Shown here piece by piece: positions 10,700 through 21,113 of a stretch of 64,000 bases of DNA (positions are counted from its first letter, which is position 1; each line of letters begins with the position of its first letter). Source of the DNA: Trueperaceae bacterium (GTDB taxonomy: Bacteria; Deinococcota; Deinococci; Deinococcales; Trueperaceae). The stretch spans positions 3,840,001 through 3,904,000 of the forward strand of contig OZ243956.1 of NCBI GenBank assembly GCA_965214405.1, in the 5' to 3' direction. The position numbers were made by a program, and so were the translations under genes. Under the pieces are notes generated by a model. The model made no database searches, was not told where the DNA came from, and saw nothing but the letters and a program-made list of their open reading frames with translations.

Positions 10700-11788
10700 C
10701 TAAACCTTGAACTCCCCGTTCTCCTGAAAGAGTTCTCCATCCAAATAAATCGCGCCGCCCTTTCGTAAGTCACAAATCATGTCCCAGTGGATAGCCGACT
10801 CGTTGGTGCCGCCCGTCTCCTCGTAGGACTGGCCGAGCGCCAAATGGACGGTGCCGCCGATTTTTTCATCAAACAAAATGCTTTTGGTGGGAATCTGGAT
10901 GTTGTAGTTCGTGCCGATGCCGAGTTCGCCCAAGAACCGCGCGCCCTCGTCCGTACTAAGCTGCGACTGGAGCAGGTCGTCGCCTTTGTCGGCGTGGGCC
11001 TCAGTCACCTTGCCGTCTTTGAAGGTGAGGCGCACATTTTCAACCTCAACGCCGCTGACCGCGCTCGGGATGGTGTAGGTGATGTGGCCGCTCGCGCTCT
11101 CTTCAAGGGGTCCCGTAAATACCTCGCCCGAGGGCATGTTGTGCCGCCCCGCCGAGTTAACCCAGGTGCGGCCCGCCACGTTGAGGGTAAGGTCGGTGCC
11201 GTCGCCTGTAATGTGAACTTCCTTGGCGCGGCTTAAGTGCTCAATCAGCCTCTCTTGGAAGTCCCGAATCTCGTTCCACTTCGCCACCGGGTCGTCGTCG
11301 AAAAGAAACATCGCGCCGTAGACGAACCGCTCGTACTCGCCCAAGCTCATCCCGGCGTCCTGCGCGCCCGCGGAGGTGGGGTAGAGGGTGCCAACCCACT
11401 TGGTCTCGCGCACGCGGATGTTCTGGACGGGGCGGTTGCGCTTTTGCAGGCGCGAGACTTTTGACTTGTCGGCGTTTTGGAGCGCCCTCGAGTTCTGCGG
11501 CGCGCCAATCCGAATCCAGGAGCCGATTTGTTTGATTTCGGAAAGCTCCAAGGTCGGCTCTGAATCAAAAAAGCTCTCGGGGGCTAGCTCGAGCACGTCC
11601 TCCGCCCGCTCTGGATAGCTCATGCGCAGGTGCGGCACGCCGCCTGCACGCAAGACTTCGCGGTAGACGGCGCGGGCCATCGGCTCGGCGGGGGTGTCTA
11701 CGTTGATGGAGACGTTCTCGTTTCTCTCGACGCGGCAGCAGTATTCGACTAACAGTTTGGCGTATTTTTCGTGGATGGGGTGAATCAT
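10700..11788 (-). CDS. M29 family aminopeptidase (AmpS/AmpT type)
   Basis: NMPSGEVFTGP, LGELGIGTN, LFDEKIGGTVHLALG, SAIHWDMI. Confidence 0.92.
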   Translation of the reverse strand: MIHPIHEKYAKLLVEYCCRVERNENVSINVDTPAEPMARAVYREVLRAGGVPHLRMSYPERAEDVLELAPESFFDSEPTLELSEIKQIGSWIRIGAPQNSRALQNADKSKVSRLQKRNRPVQNIRVRETKWVGTLYPTSAGAQDAGMSLGEYERFVYGAMFLFDDDPVAKWNEIRDFQERLIEHLSRAKEVHITGDGTDLTLNVAGRTWVNSAGRHNMPSGEVFTGPLEESASGHITYTIPSAVSGVEVENVRLTFKDGKVTEAHADKGDDLLQSQLSTDEGARFLGELGIGTNYNIQIPTKSILFDEKIGGTVHLALGQSYEETGGTNESAIHWDMICDLRKGGAIYLDGELFQENGEFKV

Positions 11789-11870
11789 GCTGCCTAAGCT
11801 ACCACGGCGGGTTGTGAAGTGGGTTCGCAAAAACGGCCAAGGTGAGGGCGGTATGATGGGACTCGAGGTG

Positions 11871-12155
11871 ATGCTCATATTCAAGCCCGTTGAGGTTAAA
11901 GCGCTGCCGGATTACAGACTATGGTTGCGCTACGAAGACGGTGCGGAGGGCACGGTGGATGTGTCGTATCTGGTTGGGCGCGGCGTGTTCAGCCTGTGGG
12001 AGGACCAAAACGCCTTTGAAGGGGTCTCTATAGGGCCTTATGGCGAAGTGGCTTGGGGTGACGACATCGAACTCTGCCCTGACACTCTTTACTTCCAACT
12101 CACGGGAAAAACGCCTGAGGAAGTTTTTGTGCTTAACGAACGCGTGGATGCCTGA
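11871..12155 (+). CDS. DUF2442 domain protein (putative antitoxin)
   Basis: YRLWLRYEDG...VAWGDDIELCPDTLY signature. Confidence 0.85.
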   Translation: MLIFKPVEVKALPDYRLWLRYEDGAEGTVDVSYLVGRGVFSLWEDQNAFEGVSIGPYGEVAWGDDIELCPDTLYFQLTGKTPEEVFVLNERVDA

Positions 12156-12407
12156 AGTCAGTCGCTTCTACGGCATTATTGTCAAGATGTACTTTAACGA
12201 CCATGCACCCCCGCATTTTCACGCCTTTTACGGTGAGAACGAAGCACTCATTAGCATCACAACGCTTGCTGTACTCGCCGGAAGATTACCCCCACGTGCT
12301 ATGGGACTCGTGACCGAATGAGCGTCTTTACGCCAAAACGAACTTCTGTTGCGCGGGAGAGGGCAAGAAATCAGGAGCCGCCGGGGAAGGTCGAGCCGCT
12401 GTCGTGA
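12148..12407 (+). pseudogene. DUF4160 domain protein, inactivated by nonsense and frameshift changes
   Basis: MPEVSRFYGIIVKMYFNDHAPPHFH signature; TGA at 12319-21 where Trp is expected (VTE*ASL); tail ERARNQEPPGKVEPLS* lies in another frame. Confidence 0.8.
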
Positions 12408-12426
12408 AGGGAATACGGGAATCCTG

Positions 12427-13347
12427 TCAGTCCAGGGGCTCGAGTTCTCCCTCGACCAATCCCAAATACCGCCTCAGACGCTCCGCTGGGTTCTTACGCA
12501 AATCGGGATGGTCGAGGCGCTGCGGGATTTTGCCCATCATGTAGAAAAAGCGGAGCGCGGTGCCGAGCCTCGTTTCGTCATCGTCAAGCGCGCCGTAGCC
12601 CTCCAAAAAGGCGGGCCAGACCTCGTCCACGTATCCCTTGGCGACAGGATGCAGTCGCGCCGCGCCCACGTCAAAGGCGCGCGGGCCGAAGCCGCATTCG
12701 TCAAAGTCTAAGAGGGTGTAGTGGTCGCCGTGTTCAAGAACGTTGCCCAGGTGAACGTCGGCGTGAACGAAGGAGCGTTCAGCGGGGAGGCGGGGCCAGA
12801 GGCCGAAAAGTCTATCCGCCAACCTCTCGAACGCCGCCTTGTCCGCAGAAGTGAGAAAGGGAGCGGCTAAAAGGGACTCGAGCGAGTGCAAAATCACCCG
12901 CTCTGCGTCGTAGACGGGTCGCTGCCAGCCCGACCAGGTCGGAGGCTGCGACTGCGCCACGCGCGGGGCCTCGTCGTGAAGGGCGCGCAGAATGTGGCCG
13001 AGTTGCCGGTAGCTTTGGGGGGTGGACTCGAGCCAGTCCCCCTCCACAAACCCAAAAGCGGCGTAGGTGTGTGTCTCTCCAACCGTGAGAAGTTCGCCTT
13101 GCACATTTGGGAGAACATCGGGAACGTTGAGCACATCTTTTAGCGCCACCATCCAGGCAAGTTCGGCCTCAACCTCCCCTTCGCTCCTCACCCCGGCGCG
13201 GTAGCGGCGTACGACGAAACGCGTTTCGGGCGTGCGGGCGAGCAGATGCAGGTTCTCGCCGCTCGAGAGTTCTACAAACTCCGTCTCCTCCGGCCAGCCG
13301 TACGCGCGGCGAAGGAACTCGGTTTCACTTGGAGACGTTAAAGACAT
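12427..13347 (-). CDS. Aminoglycoside phosphotransferase / type II homoserine kinase family protein
   Basis: HADVHLGNVL and LLDFDECGFG motifs. Confidence 0.85.
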   Translation of the reverse strand: MSLTSPSETEFLRRAYGWPEETEFVELSSGENLHLLARTPETRFVVRRYRAGVRSEGEVEAELAWMVALKDVLNVPDVLPNVQGELLTVGETHTYAAFGFVEGDWLESTPQSYRQLGHILRALHDEAPRVAQSQPPTWSGWQRPVYDAERVILHSLESLLAAPFLTSADKAAFERLADRLFGLWPRLPAERSFVHADVHLGNVLEHGDHYTLLDFDECGFGPRAFDVGAARLHPVAKGYVDEVWPAFLEGYGALDDDETRLGTALRFFYMMGKIPQRLDHPDLRKNPAERLRRYLGLVEGELEPLD

Positions 13348-13762
13348 TCGCGCCGAGCGCCACCAAGGTGCCCGCGTCGTCGTGAACCTCGCTCCGCACG
13401 ACAATCACGCGGCCCCCCGCGCGCATCACTTCGGAGGTGGTGTAAAGTCGCGTGCCCTTGGCGGGTTTGAGGTAGTCCACGCGCATGTCGATAGTCGAAA
13501 TCCGCTCGATGAGGTTTTTGTCACTCAGCGAGAGCGCGGCGGCGACCCCGGCGGTGGCGTCGATGACAAAGGAGACGAGGCCGCCGTGGGGCATCTTGCG
13601 TTGCGCGTTGCCCAAAAATTCGGGGCGCATCTCCAAACGCGTGACCACCAAGGCGCGCGCCTCGTCGAAGCGCTCGAGCCTGAGCCCCAGGTGTTTGTTA
13701 AAAGGGATGAAGTCTTCAACGAGTTCGCGGAACGTTTCAGCGTCAATGGGGTGAGGGAGCAT
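13325..13762 (-). CDS. PaaI family hotdog-fold thioesterase
   Basis: GN...HGGLVSFVIDATAG and STIDMRVDYLKP. Confidence 0.9.
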   Translation of the reverse strand: MLPHPIDAETFRELVEDFIPFNKHLGLRLERFDEARALVVTRLEMRPEFLGNAQRKMPHGGLVSFVIDATAGVAAALSLSDKNLIERISTIDMRVDYLKPAKGTRLYTTSEVMRAGGRVIVVRSEVHDDAGTLVALGANVFNVSK

Positions 13763-13802
13763 GTGTCAGTTTAACGGACGCTTTGGGTATAGGGGTTAGG
13801 GC

Positions 13803-14819
13803 TTAACGGTCGCGGCGTATAACCGCGCCGTTAAGCCCATTCAGGCGCTCGGGCAGGCTCTCCAAAGGAATCACGTCAAAAGAGAAAACGTCGAAGGTGG
13901 TGTGGCGAACCTCCAGCGGCTCAAAATTCACATCCATCACTGTAACTGTAGAGCGCGGCGGCGCGTCACTCCCCAAAAGCTGCCGCGCGCCGACGCCGCC
14001 CGTATGGAGGAGTTCCAACGCACCTCGTTTCCCCGGAAAGTAGGCCGCGTGGTGACCGCTGACGTAGGTGTGGACGCCGTGGCGCTCCAAAAGTTCACGC
14101 AGGGCGTCACCGTCCGCCAAGACCTCACCCGGCTTGTTCTTCTCCGCCGAAACGCCGTAAAGGGGCAGGTGCCCCACGACGAGACGCAGCGCCGCCTCTC
14201 GCGCGGCGGGGCTTTCGAGTTCCCCCTCCGCCCACGCCCGCTGCGCTTCGGTGATTGTTGCGCTCGAGGCGTCCCAAACCAGAATGAACACGGGTTTATC
14301 TGATTTATCAGGAGGTGTAAAAACAAAGGAGTAGTTGAAGGGAAAGTCTGCCTTGTCATGATAGGCCAAACGCTCCTCATGCTGAGGCTCCAGCCAGTAC
14401 GCCCCCGCCGCCTCTCGCTCTCTCGCGTATACAAAATTTCCATCGGCGCGGCGTAGGCTCGAGCCGTCGTGATTACCCACCGCAAAGGCGTAAGGAATGC
14501 CCGCGTCTCGCAAGGGACGAGCAACCGCGCGGTCGAAAGCTTCCCACATTTCTGCAAAACGCGTGTCCGGCAGGCTGGCCTTTTGTCCCGCCACCACGTC
14601 TCCCGCGGACAAAAAAAGGTCGGGCTGCCATACTTGGATGGTTGTCTCGGTGACCCTCGCCACCGCCGGGCTATAGCTCGTCACGCCGTAAGACCCGTTA
14701 AAATCGCTCAAGAGAACCACGCGCAGGTCGCCGCGGGGTGGGTTGGCGGGTGTCTGGGCGGATATTTGGGTAACGAAAAGAGAAGAGGTAAATAAGGTAA
14801 AAAGGAGCATGAAGCGCAT
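13803..14819 (-). CDS. Secreted calcineurin-like metallophosphoesterase
   Basis: Signal peptide; SDFN, AGDVV, GNHD, GHLP, SGHHAAY motifs. Confidence 0.85.
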   Translation of the reverse strand: MRFMLLFTLFTSSLFVTQISAQTPANPPRGDLRVVLLSDFNGSYGVTSYSPAVARVTETTIQVWQPDLFLSAGDVVAGQKASLPDTRFAEMWEAFDRAVARPLRDAGIPYAFAVGNHDGSSLRRADGNFVYAREREAAGAYWLEPQHEERLAYHDKADFPFNYSFVFTPPDKSDKPVFILVWDASSATITEAQRAWAEGELESPAAREAALRLVVGHLPLYGVSAEKNKPGEVLADGDALRELLERHGVHTYVSGHHAAYFPGKRGALELLHTGGVGARQLLGSDAPPRSTVTVMDVNFEPLEVRHTTFDVFSFDVIPLESLPERLNGLNGAVIRRDR

Positions 14820-14870
14820 GAGTCAGTCTACCTGTCAATTTGCCTGTTGGTTTACTAGGGCGGGGCGTAG

Positions 14871-15812
14871 GTGAGGGGATTCTTTCGAGGACGTCGGAAC
14901 TCTAAACGCGCCACCGGGCGCGAGATTCGCTACGAGCTTTGGGACGTGTTCACCATCACGCCCTTTACGGGCAACCCGCTGGCCGTCGTGCTCGACGCGG
15001 AGGGGCTGGCGGGCGAGGACATGCAACGCGTAGCGCGCGAACTCAACTTGTCGGAGACGAGCTTTGTGTTGCCCTCACAAAGGGCGGACGTGCGGGCGCG
15101 CTTTTTTACCCCGGCGCGCGAACTGCCGATGGCGGGGCATCCGAGCGTCGGGACGGTCTACGCGCTGGAGCATCTGGGACGTTTGAAACGGGAGAGTGTG
15201 ATTTTCACCCTCGAGCTGGGCGTCGGCCCCGTGCGGATGGGGCTCGAGCGGCGTGACGGGCGGCTCGAGCGCGTCTGGATGAATCAGGGCGTACCGGAGT
15301 TGGGCGAGGTTATCGAGAACCGGGCCGGAGTCGCGGCGGCGCTGGGACTCACCACCGCTGACCTCAAAGCCAATCTTCCCGTCCAAATCGGCTCCGCGGG
15401 CGTGCCCTTTCTCTTTGTACCCGTGGTTTCGTTGGAGGCGCTGGGCCGGGCGAGGTTGAATTTGGCTGCCTTGTCCAGTTTTATGGAGGACGAGCACCAG
15501 GCGGTGTTTCTCTTCACGCGTCACCAAGACGGGGCGGACATCCGCGCGCGGATGCTGGGCGAGGCGCTGGGCGTGGTCGAGGACCCCGCGACGGGGAGCG
15601 CGCACGGGCCGCTCGGGGCGTATCTGGCGACGCACGGCGTGCTCTCGCTGCAAGGGGGCGGGGCGACTTTTGTGAGCCGTCAGGGGGTCGAGATGGGCAG
15701 GCCGAGTCGGCTTGAAGTGAGCGTCCAGGCGGTTGATACTGGAGATTCGAGTTTCGAGGTTTACGTGGGGGGCAGCGCCGTGAGGGTGGGAGAGGGTAAG
15801 CTGTACGGGTAA
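14871..15812 (+). CDS. PhzF family isomerase
   Basis: DVFT...GNPLAVV, NLSETSF, ELPMAGHP, EDPATGSA, QGVEMGRPS. Confidence 0.92.
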   Translation: MRGFFRGRRNSKRATGREIRYELWDVFTITPFTGNPLAVVLDAEGLAGEDMQRVARELNLSETSFVLPSQRADVRARFFTPARELPMAGHPSVGTVYALEHLGRLKRESVIFTLELGVGPVRMGLERRDGRLERVWMNQGVPELGEVIENRAGVAAALGLTTADLKANLPVQIGSAGVPFLFVPVVSLEALGRARLNLAALSSFMEDEHQAVFLFTRHQDGADIRARMLGEALGVVEDPATGSAHGPLGAYLATHGVLSLQGGGATFVSRQGVEMGRPSRLEVSVQAVDTGDSSFEVYVGGSAVRVGEGKLYG

Positions 15813-15841
15813 TGGGAAACGGGTGATGGGAGCATGACGAC

Positions 15842-16537
15842 ATGAAAGAGCGGTTGCAAAAGTTTCTCTCTCGAGCGGGCGTGGCGAGCCGCCGCAAGGC
15901 GGAGGTGCTGATTACCGAGGGCCGGGTGACGGTCAACGGGCAAAAGGCCGAACTGGGGATGAAGGTCTCGGGCGAAGACGAGGTGCGCGTGGGCGGCGAG
16001 CGGATAGAAAACAATACAAAACGCGTTACCTACGCTTTTAATAAACCTCCCGGTGTCATCACCACCGTGACCGACAACCGGGGGCGTCCGACGGTCATTG
16101 ACCTTTTTCCCGAGATACCCGGCCTCCACCCGGCGGGGCGCTTGGACGCCGAGTCCGAAGGGTTATTGATTGTCACCAACGACGGCGACCTCACCCTCGA
16201 GCTGACCCACCCGCGTTATGGTCACGAAAAAGAGTACCGGGTCTGGTGCCGGGAGGGCACGCTGCAAGCGTGGGCGTTGGGGAAACTTGAGAAAGGTATC
16301 GAACTCGAGGACGGCTTGGCCCGCGCCATCGTCGCCAAGGTGGCCGACGGCGGCTGCACGCTCGTGTTGGACGAAGGCCGCAACCATCAGGTGCGGCGCA
16401 TGTTGGGGGCCTTGGGCCTGCACGTGACGCGGCTCCAGCGGATTCGCATCGGGGGGCTCGAGCTGGGCAACCTCAAGCCGGGGGGCTACCGCAGGTTGTC
16501 GCAAGAGGACCTCGCGCGGCTGCGCGGGAGCCGGTAG
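15842..16537 (+). CDS. RsuA/RluB-family rRNA pseudouridine synthase
   Basis: S4 domain RLQKFLSRAGVASRRKAE; GRLDAESEGLL; EGRNHQVRRM. Confidence 0.92.
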   Translation: MKERLQKFLSRAGVASRRKAEVLITEGRVTVNGQKAELGMKVSGEDEVRVGGERIENNTKRVTYAFNKPPGVITTVTDNRGRPTVIDLFPEIPGLHPAGRLDAESEGLLIVTNDGDLTLELTHPRYGHEKEYRVWCREGTLQAWALGKLEKGIELEDGLARAIVAKVADGGCTLVLDEGRNHQVRRMLGALGLHVTRLQRIRIGGLELGNLKPGGYRRLSQEDLARLRGSR

Positions 16538-16656
16538 CAGGTATCATCTGGTTTGAGCAAGATTTAGTCTATATCTTACCTTCTAAGATGTAGCTTCAAA
16601 GATCATATCTGCTTTAATAGGCTCAACCTTTTTGAAAACCGCTTTAGAGGAGTGAG

Positions 16657-17196
16657 ATGAGCGACACCATTTTTACGCCCGGCGAGGGCGCGGTCCAGAT
16701 TGACGAGGCGCGTATCAAAGCGCGTATAGAGGAACTGGGCGAGCAAATCACCGCGGACTACGCGGGCAGGCCGCTCCACCTCGTCTGCGTGCTCAACGGC
16801 GCGTTCATTTTTATGGCTGACTTGGTGAGAGCCATCGACCTGCCCCTCACGACCGACTTTTTGTCCGTGTCCTCCTACGGCTCGCGCACCGAGACCTCGG
16901 GCGAGGTGCGGTTGGTCAAGGATTTGGAGCAGTCGCTAAAAAATAAGCACGTGCTGCTGGTCGAGGACATCGTGGACACGGGGCTCACCATGCAGTACCT
17001 CTTGGGCTACCTCCGAGGCCGCGGGCCGCTCTCGGTGGGGGTGGTGGCGCTCCTCTCCAAGCCGTCGCGGCGGCTGGTGGAGGTGCCGGTTGAATATCTC
17101 GGCTTCGAGATAGAGGACGCGTTTGTTTACGGCTACGGGCTCGACGTGGCGCACATCTACCGGAACATCCCCTTTGTGACGAGCCAAAAGGATTAG
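16657..17196 (+). CDS. hpt: Hypoxanthine phosphoribosyltransferase
   Basis: FIFMADL, SSYG, VLLVEDIVDTGLT PRPP loop, FVYGYGLD. Confidence 0.95.
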   Translation: MSDTIFTPGEGAVQIDEARIKARIEELGEQITADYAGRPLHLVCVLNGAFIFMADLVRAIDLPLTTDFLSVSSYGSRTETSGEVRLVKDLEQSLKNKHVLLVEDIVDTGLTMQYLLGYLRGRGPLSVGVVALLSKPSRRLVEVPVEYLGFEIEDAFVYGYGLDVAHIYRNIPFVTSQKD

Positions 17197-17198
17197 CG

Positions 17199-18353
17199 GT
17201 GACGAGGCGAACGGGGCTCCTCGCGCTCCTCGTCCTTGCCGTTCTCCTCGTGGCGTCCTTGGCGGTGTCTCGAGCCCGCCGCGACCGCACCCCGCCCGCT
17301 GTTGAGGTGAGGCTCGAGCCCCAAATAGTAGCGGAACGCCCGTTCGAGGTCTTCTTAAGCGCCGACGAACCCGTGACTTACACCCTCCGTTACGGCGACG
17401 CGGTTTTCACACGCGCCCCTCAAGATGACGCTGAGGATACGGTGTCTTTAACGGGACTACCGGGACCGGAAGAGCTTTTAGTCACCGCGACGGACGCGGT
17501 AGGCAACAGCAGCGAGATTCGTCACCCTGTCTATGGCGTCCCGGCTCTCCAACCGCTCATCAAGATGCCCAGGGAAGTCGTTCCCGGTCAACCTTTCAGC
17601 GCGCGCGTGGTCTGGGCACCCGAGAGCGTACGGGCGGCGTCGCTCACCCTCTCGGTTGACGGGCGGCCTCTGGACGTTTTCGAGGAGGGCGCGGCGCATG
17701 TCGGCCTCGCCAGCGTGCCCCTGGGGACGCCGCCGGGGGCGGGGGAGGTGGGTGTAAAGCTCACCGACGAATACGGACGCGAAGTGCGCGTCACGCGTCC
17801 CTTGACCGTTCTCGCCGATCCCCGCCCCGTCCAAGAACTCGCCGTGCCCGCCGCCCTTCTAGCCTCCTCGACGCCCGAAAACGAGGCGTTGGAGGCGGGG
17901 GTTTTGCAAGAGGCTTACGCCCACGCTCTCCAAACGCCCGCGCCCCGTGCGCTCGAGCCCTTCCTCCTCCCTATTACGGGCCGCAGCACCAGCGGCTACG
18001 GCACGCCGCGGCGTTACGAACGCGGCGGCGCGGTCTTTTATCACGAGGGTGCCGACTTAGCCGCCCCGGTGGGCACGCCCGTAAGGGCGACCAACGCGGG
18101 GCGGGTGCTCGTCGCTGACTTTTTTCCCATCAAGGGCGGTCTGGTGGTGATTGACCACGGTGGGGGCGTCGTAAGCCTCTACTTTCACCAGTCCAAGATT
18201 CTGGTCAAGGCGGGCGATTGGGTGGGACGCGGCGACGTGATTGGTGAGGTCGGCACCACGGGACGCTCGACGGGGCCGCACCTCCACTGGGAAATGCGTG
18301 TGGGAGGCGTGCCGAGTGACCCGCTGGCCTGGGTGGACAGGGTTCTGCCCTAG
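17199..18353 (+). CDS. M23 family metallopeptidase, exported
   Basis: N-terminal signal/anchor; HEGAD and STGPHLHWE motifs. Confidence 0.9.
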   Translation: MTRRTGLLALLVLAVLLVASLAVSRARRDRTPPAVEVRLEPQIVAERPFEVFLSADEPVTYTLRYGDAVFTRAPQDDAEDTVSLTGLPGPEELLVTATDAVGNSSEIRHPVYGVPALQPLIKMPREVVPGQPFSARVVWAPESVRAASLTLSVDGRPLDVFEEGAAHVGLASVPLGTPPGAGEVGVKLTDEYGREVRVTRPLTVLADPRPVQELAVPAALLASSTPENEALEAGVLQEAYAHALQTPAPRALEPFLLPITGRSTSGYGTPRRYERGGAVFYHEGADLAAPVGTPVRATNAGRVLVADFFPIKGGLVVIDHGGGVVSLYFHQSKILVKAGDWVGRGDVIGEVGTTGRSTGPHLHWEMRVGGVPSDPLAWVDRVLP

Positions 18354-19064
18354 AGAATCGACCTGGTTTCCGAGGGACTTACTGCGAGAGAGACGCCATC
18401 TCTTCGTCGCTCAGTTGCAAAGACGAGGCGGCGATGTTTTCTTCTAGGTGCTCAACGCTCGAGGTGCCCGGAATGGGCAGCATCACGGGCGACTTTCGTA
18501 AAAGCCACGCGAGCGCCACCTGGCTGGGCGTCGCGCCGTGCGCGTCGGCCACCTTGGCGACCGCGTTTCCCGGCAGATCGCCCGTGGCGACCGGTGCCCA
18601 GGGGATGAAGCCGACGCCCTGCGCTTCGCAAGCCTCCAGCACCTCTTCCGAATCGCGGTCGGTTAAGTTGTAGCGGTTTTGAACCGAGACGATTTGGGTT
18701 ATTTCTTGCGCCTTGTTAAGCTGCTCCACGCTCACGTTGGAGAGCCCGAGAAAGCGAATTTTCCCCTCTTTTTGCATGTCGGCGAGCGCGCCCACGGATT
18801 CTTCAAAAGGCACCTCGGGGTCGGGCCGGTGGAACTGGTAGAGGTCGATGCGCTCGAGCTTAAGCCGTTTCAAAGACCCCTCAAGCGCCTTCCGCAAATG
18901 CTCGGGCCGCCCGTCGGGCTCCCACTTGTTCGGCCCCGGCCGCACCAGGCCGCCCTTGGTGGCGATGACCAGCCCTTCCGGGTAAGGGTAAAGCGTCTCG
19001 GCGAGGAGGGTTTCGTTCACGTCGGGGCCGTAAGCGTCCGCGGTGTCGATAAAGTTGACACCTA

Positions 19065-19984
19065 GGGTCTGTCTGACTAATCAAAGCCAGAGGATGATGG
19101 AGGCGAGGAGCACACCAGCACGGTAGTTTCTGCCGCGTTTGTCGTAGCGGGTGGCAACGGCGCGAAAGTCTTTAAGTCGGTTGATGCAGCGTTCGACCAC
19201 GTTACGTCCTTTGTAGGCTTGCTTATCGAAAGCAGGAGGTCGTCCACCTTTTGTGCCCTTAGACAAGCGAGACTTCTTGGCATCTTCGCGCTCGGGGCTG
19301 ATACAGATGATGCCCCTGCGCCTTAGTATCTTCCGCTGCTTGTTGAAACCATAAGCGCGGTCGAGTCTAAGCTGAGGGGGGCGCTTACGCGGTCGCCCTC
19401 TGCCAAGGCGGGGCACATAAATCTCGTCCAAGACCGGCTCTAGCCAAGCGGCGTCGTTGCGCTGTCCCGCCGTGATGACCACGGACAGGGGTCGCACTTT
19501 GCCGTCCGCGCAGGTATGCACCTTGCTGGTGTGGCCTCCGCGTGAGTGTCCCAGCCACTCGTCTGCTAAGGTCCCCTTTTTTCACCCTCAGCAGGCCGCT
19601 TCCTCGCCCCGCTGGCGCTGCGGTGCGCTTTAATATGAGAGCTGTCTAACGCTGCGCCGTCCCAATCAATCTCACCCGCCGCATCGGCGTGAGCTTGAAG
19701 CCTGTGCAGGATGCGCTTCCAGACACCGTTGCGCTCCCACCTCGTGAAGCGGTCCCAGCAGGTCTGCCAAGGTCCGTAGCGTTCAGGAACGTCGCGCCAG
19801 GGAGCGCCTGTTTTCAAGCGCCACGAAATGCCGTTGATGACCTGTCGGTGGTTGCGGTAGTTGTGACCCCGTTGGGGATTGGGGGGTAGATGCGGTTTTA
19901 GTGCTTGCCACTGCTGCTCTTTTAGGTCTGTTCGTGCCATACGCCTACCCTAAACCATCTTCATCCCTTCTGTCAGACAGACCC
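19065..19984 (-). mobile_element. IS5-family insertion sequence (IS427-group-like), 920 bp
   Basis: Perfect 13-bp TIR GGGTCTGTCTGAC at both ends; TA duplication within a CTAG target; transposase inside. Confidence 0.93.
19081..19940 (-). CDS. IS5-family transposase, OrfA (19566-19940) plus OrfB joined by a probable -1 frameshift
   Basis: Orf[27 protein letters not shown]; slippery A AAA AAG at 19582-19576 leads into [12 protein letters not shown]...DRAY...[26 protein letters not shown]. Confidence 0.9.
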
Positions 19985-20290
19985 TAGCTCGAGCGCGCGG
20001 CGCAACACCCGTTTGGCCGCTTCGCGGTCATCCGGGTCGCCCCAAATGCCGTCGCCCGTCAAGCGCATCGCGCCGTAGCCGAGTCTGCGGACGTCCAAGT
20101 CGCCAAGGGTGAACGTGTCGGATTGATTCTGGGCTGCTTGCATGGTTTCCTCCTACGCCGAGCATAGGCTGAAAGACCCCGCGCAACCGTTGGGTGGGGC
20201 GAGATTGCTACGCAGTCAGACTATAAAGCTTTCGCAGAACGTTTTGGGCTTTCAAGCTTTGTGCTGCGTAGGCGCGAGACGGAACGGCGT

Positions 20291-21022
20291 TTATTCTTGC
20301 GTGTGGAGCGCGTACAAAGCCTCGAGCGCCCCCCGCGCCATCAGGCTCACGCGTTTTTGGAGCAGCGCGGGGTCAACAAAGGCGGGGTCGCCGATGCGGT
20401 TGGAGGCGACCAGAGCGCAGCCCGTCCGGACGCCCCGGAGCCCGCCCAACAAAAAGAGCGCCGAGGCTTCCATTTCGACGGCCAAAACACCCCGCGCCGC
20501 CAACTTCTCCACATCATCTGGAGTCGTGGCGTAAAAGGCGTCTTCGGTTTGGATAAGGCCGACGTGAACAGGCGTGTTCTCTGTTGCGCTCTCCACCTTT
20601 GCCGCTTCAACCAGCGCCCTGGTCACCTCAAACGAAGCGGCGGGCGCGTGGGGCTCGCCGCGCAGGTACATGCGGGTGGTGCCGTCTTGAGGCACCGAGG
20701 CGGTGGCGATAATCAAGTCACCCGGCGCGACCTCTTTGCCGATAATGCCTGCGGTGCCGACGCGCACGAGCGTCTTGGCCCCGAGCTGCACAAGCTCCTC
20801 TACGACGATAGCCAGACTCGGGCAGCCCATCCCGGTCGTCTGGACCGACACGGGTATTCCCCGGTATAGTCCTGTGTAACCCAAAAGGCCGCGGTAACCG
20901 TTATAGCGCTCTGGCGCGTCGAAAAACGTTTCGGCGATGAAGCTGGCCCGGCCCGGATCGCCGGGCAAGAGCACGGCGGGCGCGACCTCGCCGGGCTGCG
21001 CGCGGATGTGAAGGGGTGTCAT
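20291..21022 (-). CDS. deoD: Purine nucleoside phosphorylase (DeoD type)
   Basis: LLPGDPGRA, TGMGCPS, RVGTAG, AVEMEASALF. Confidence 0.85.
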   Translation of the reverse strand: MTPLHIRAQPGEVAPAVLLPGDPGRASFIAETFFDAPERYNGYRGLLGYTGLYRGIPVSVQTTGMGCPSLAIVVEELVQLGAKTLVRVGTAGIIGKEVAPGDLIIATASVPQDGTTRMYLRGEPHAPAASFEVTRALVEAAKVESATENTPVHVGLIQTEDAFYATTPDDVEKLAARGVLAVEMEASALFLLGGLRGVRTGCALVASNRIGDPAFVDPALLQKRVSLMARGALEALYALHTQE

Positions 21023-21050
21023 GAGGTAAAAGGATAACAGAAGGGGCGTG

Positions 21051-21088
21051 AAAAAAACGAAAGCGGGCGTTCTGGCACCCGCTTTCGT
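21051..21088 (-). terminator. Rho-independent terminator of the lipoprotein gene
   Basis: Stem ACGAAAGCGGG/CCCGCTTTCGT followed by a T-run on the minus strand. Confidence 0.85.
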
Positions 21089-21113
21089 GTCAACAGGACC
21101 GGTTCGGGACTCC

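Larger units (their letters stand above)
18379..20143 (-). pseudogene. Aldo/keto reductase interrupted by an IS5-family element
   Basis: 5' part 20143-19985 (MQAAQ...[11 protein letters not shown]...RRALEL) joins in frame to the 3' part (GVNFIDTADAYG...IPGTSSVEHLEEN) once the IS and one TA are removed. Confidence 0.92.

Noticed and set aside
12319..12321. In-frame TGA as selenocysteine or recoded Trp
   Set aside because: A frameshift follows within about 35 nt, and TGA serves as a normal stop across the window.
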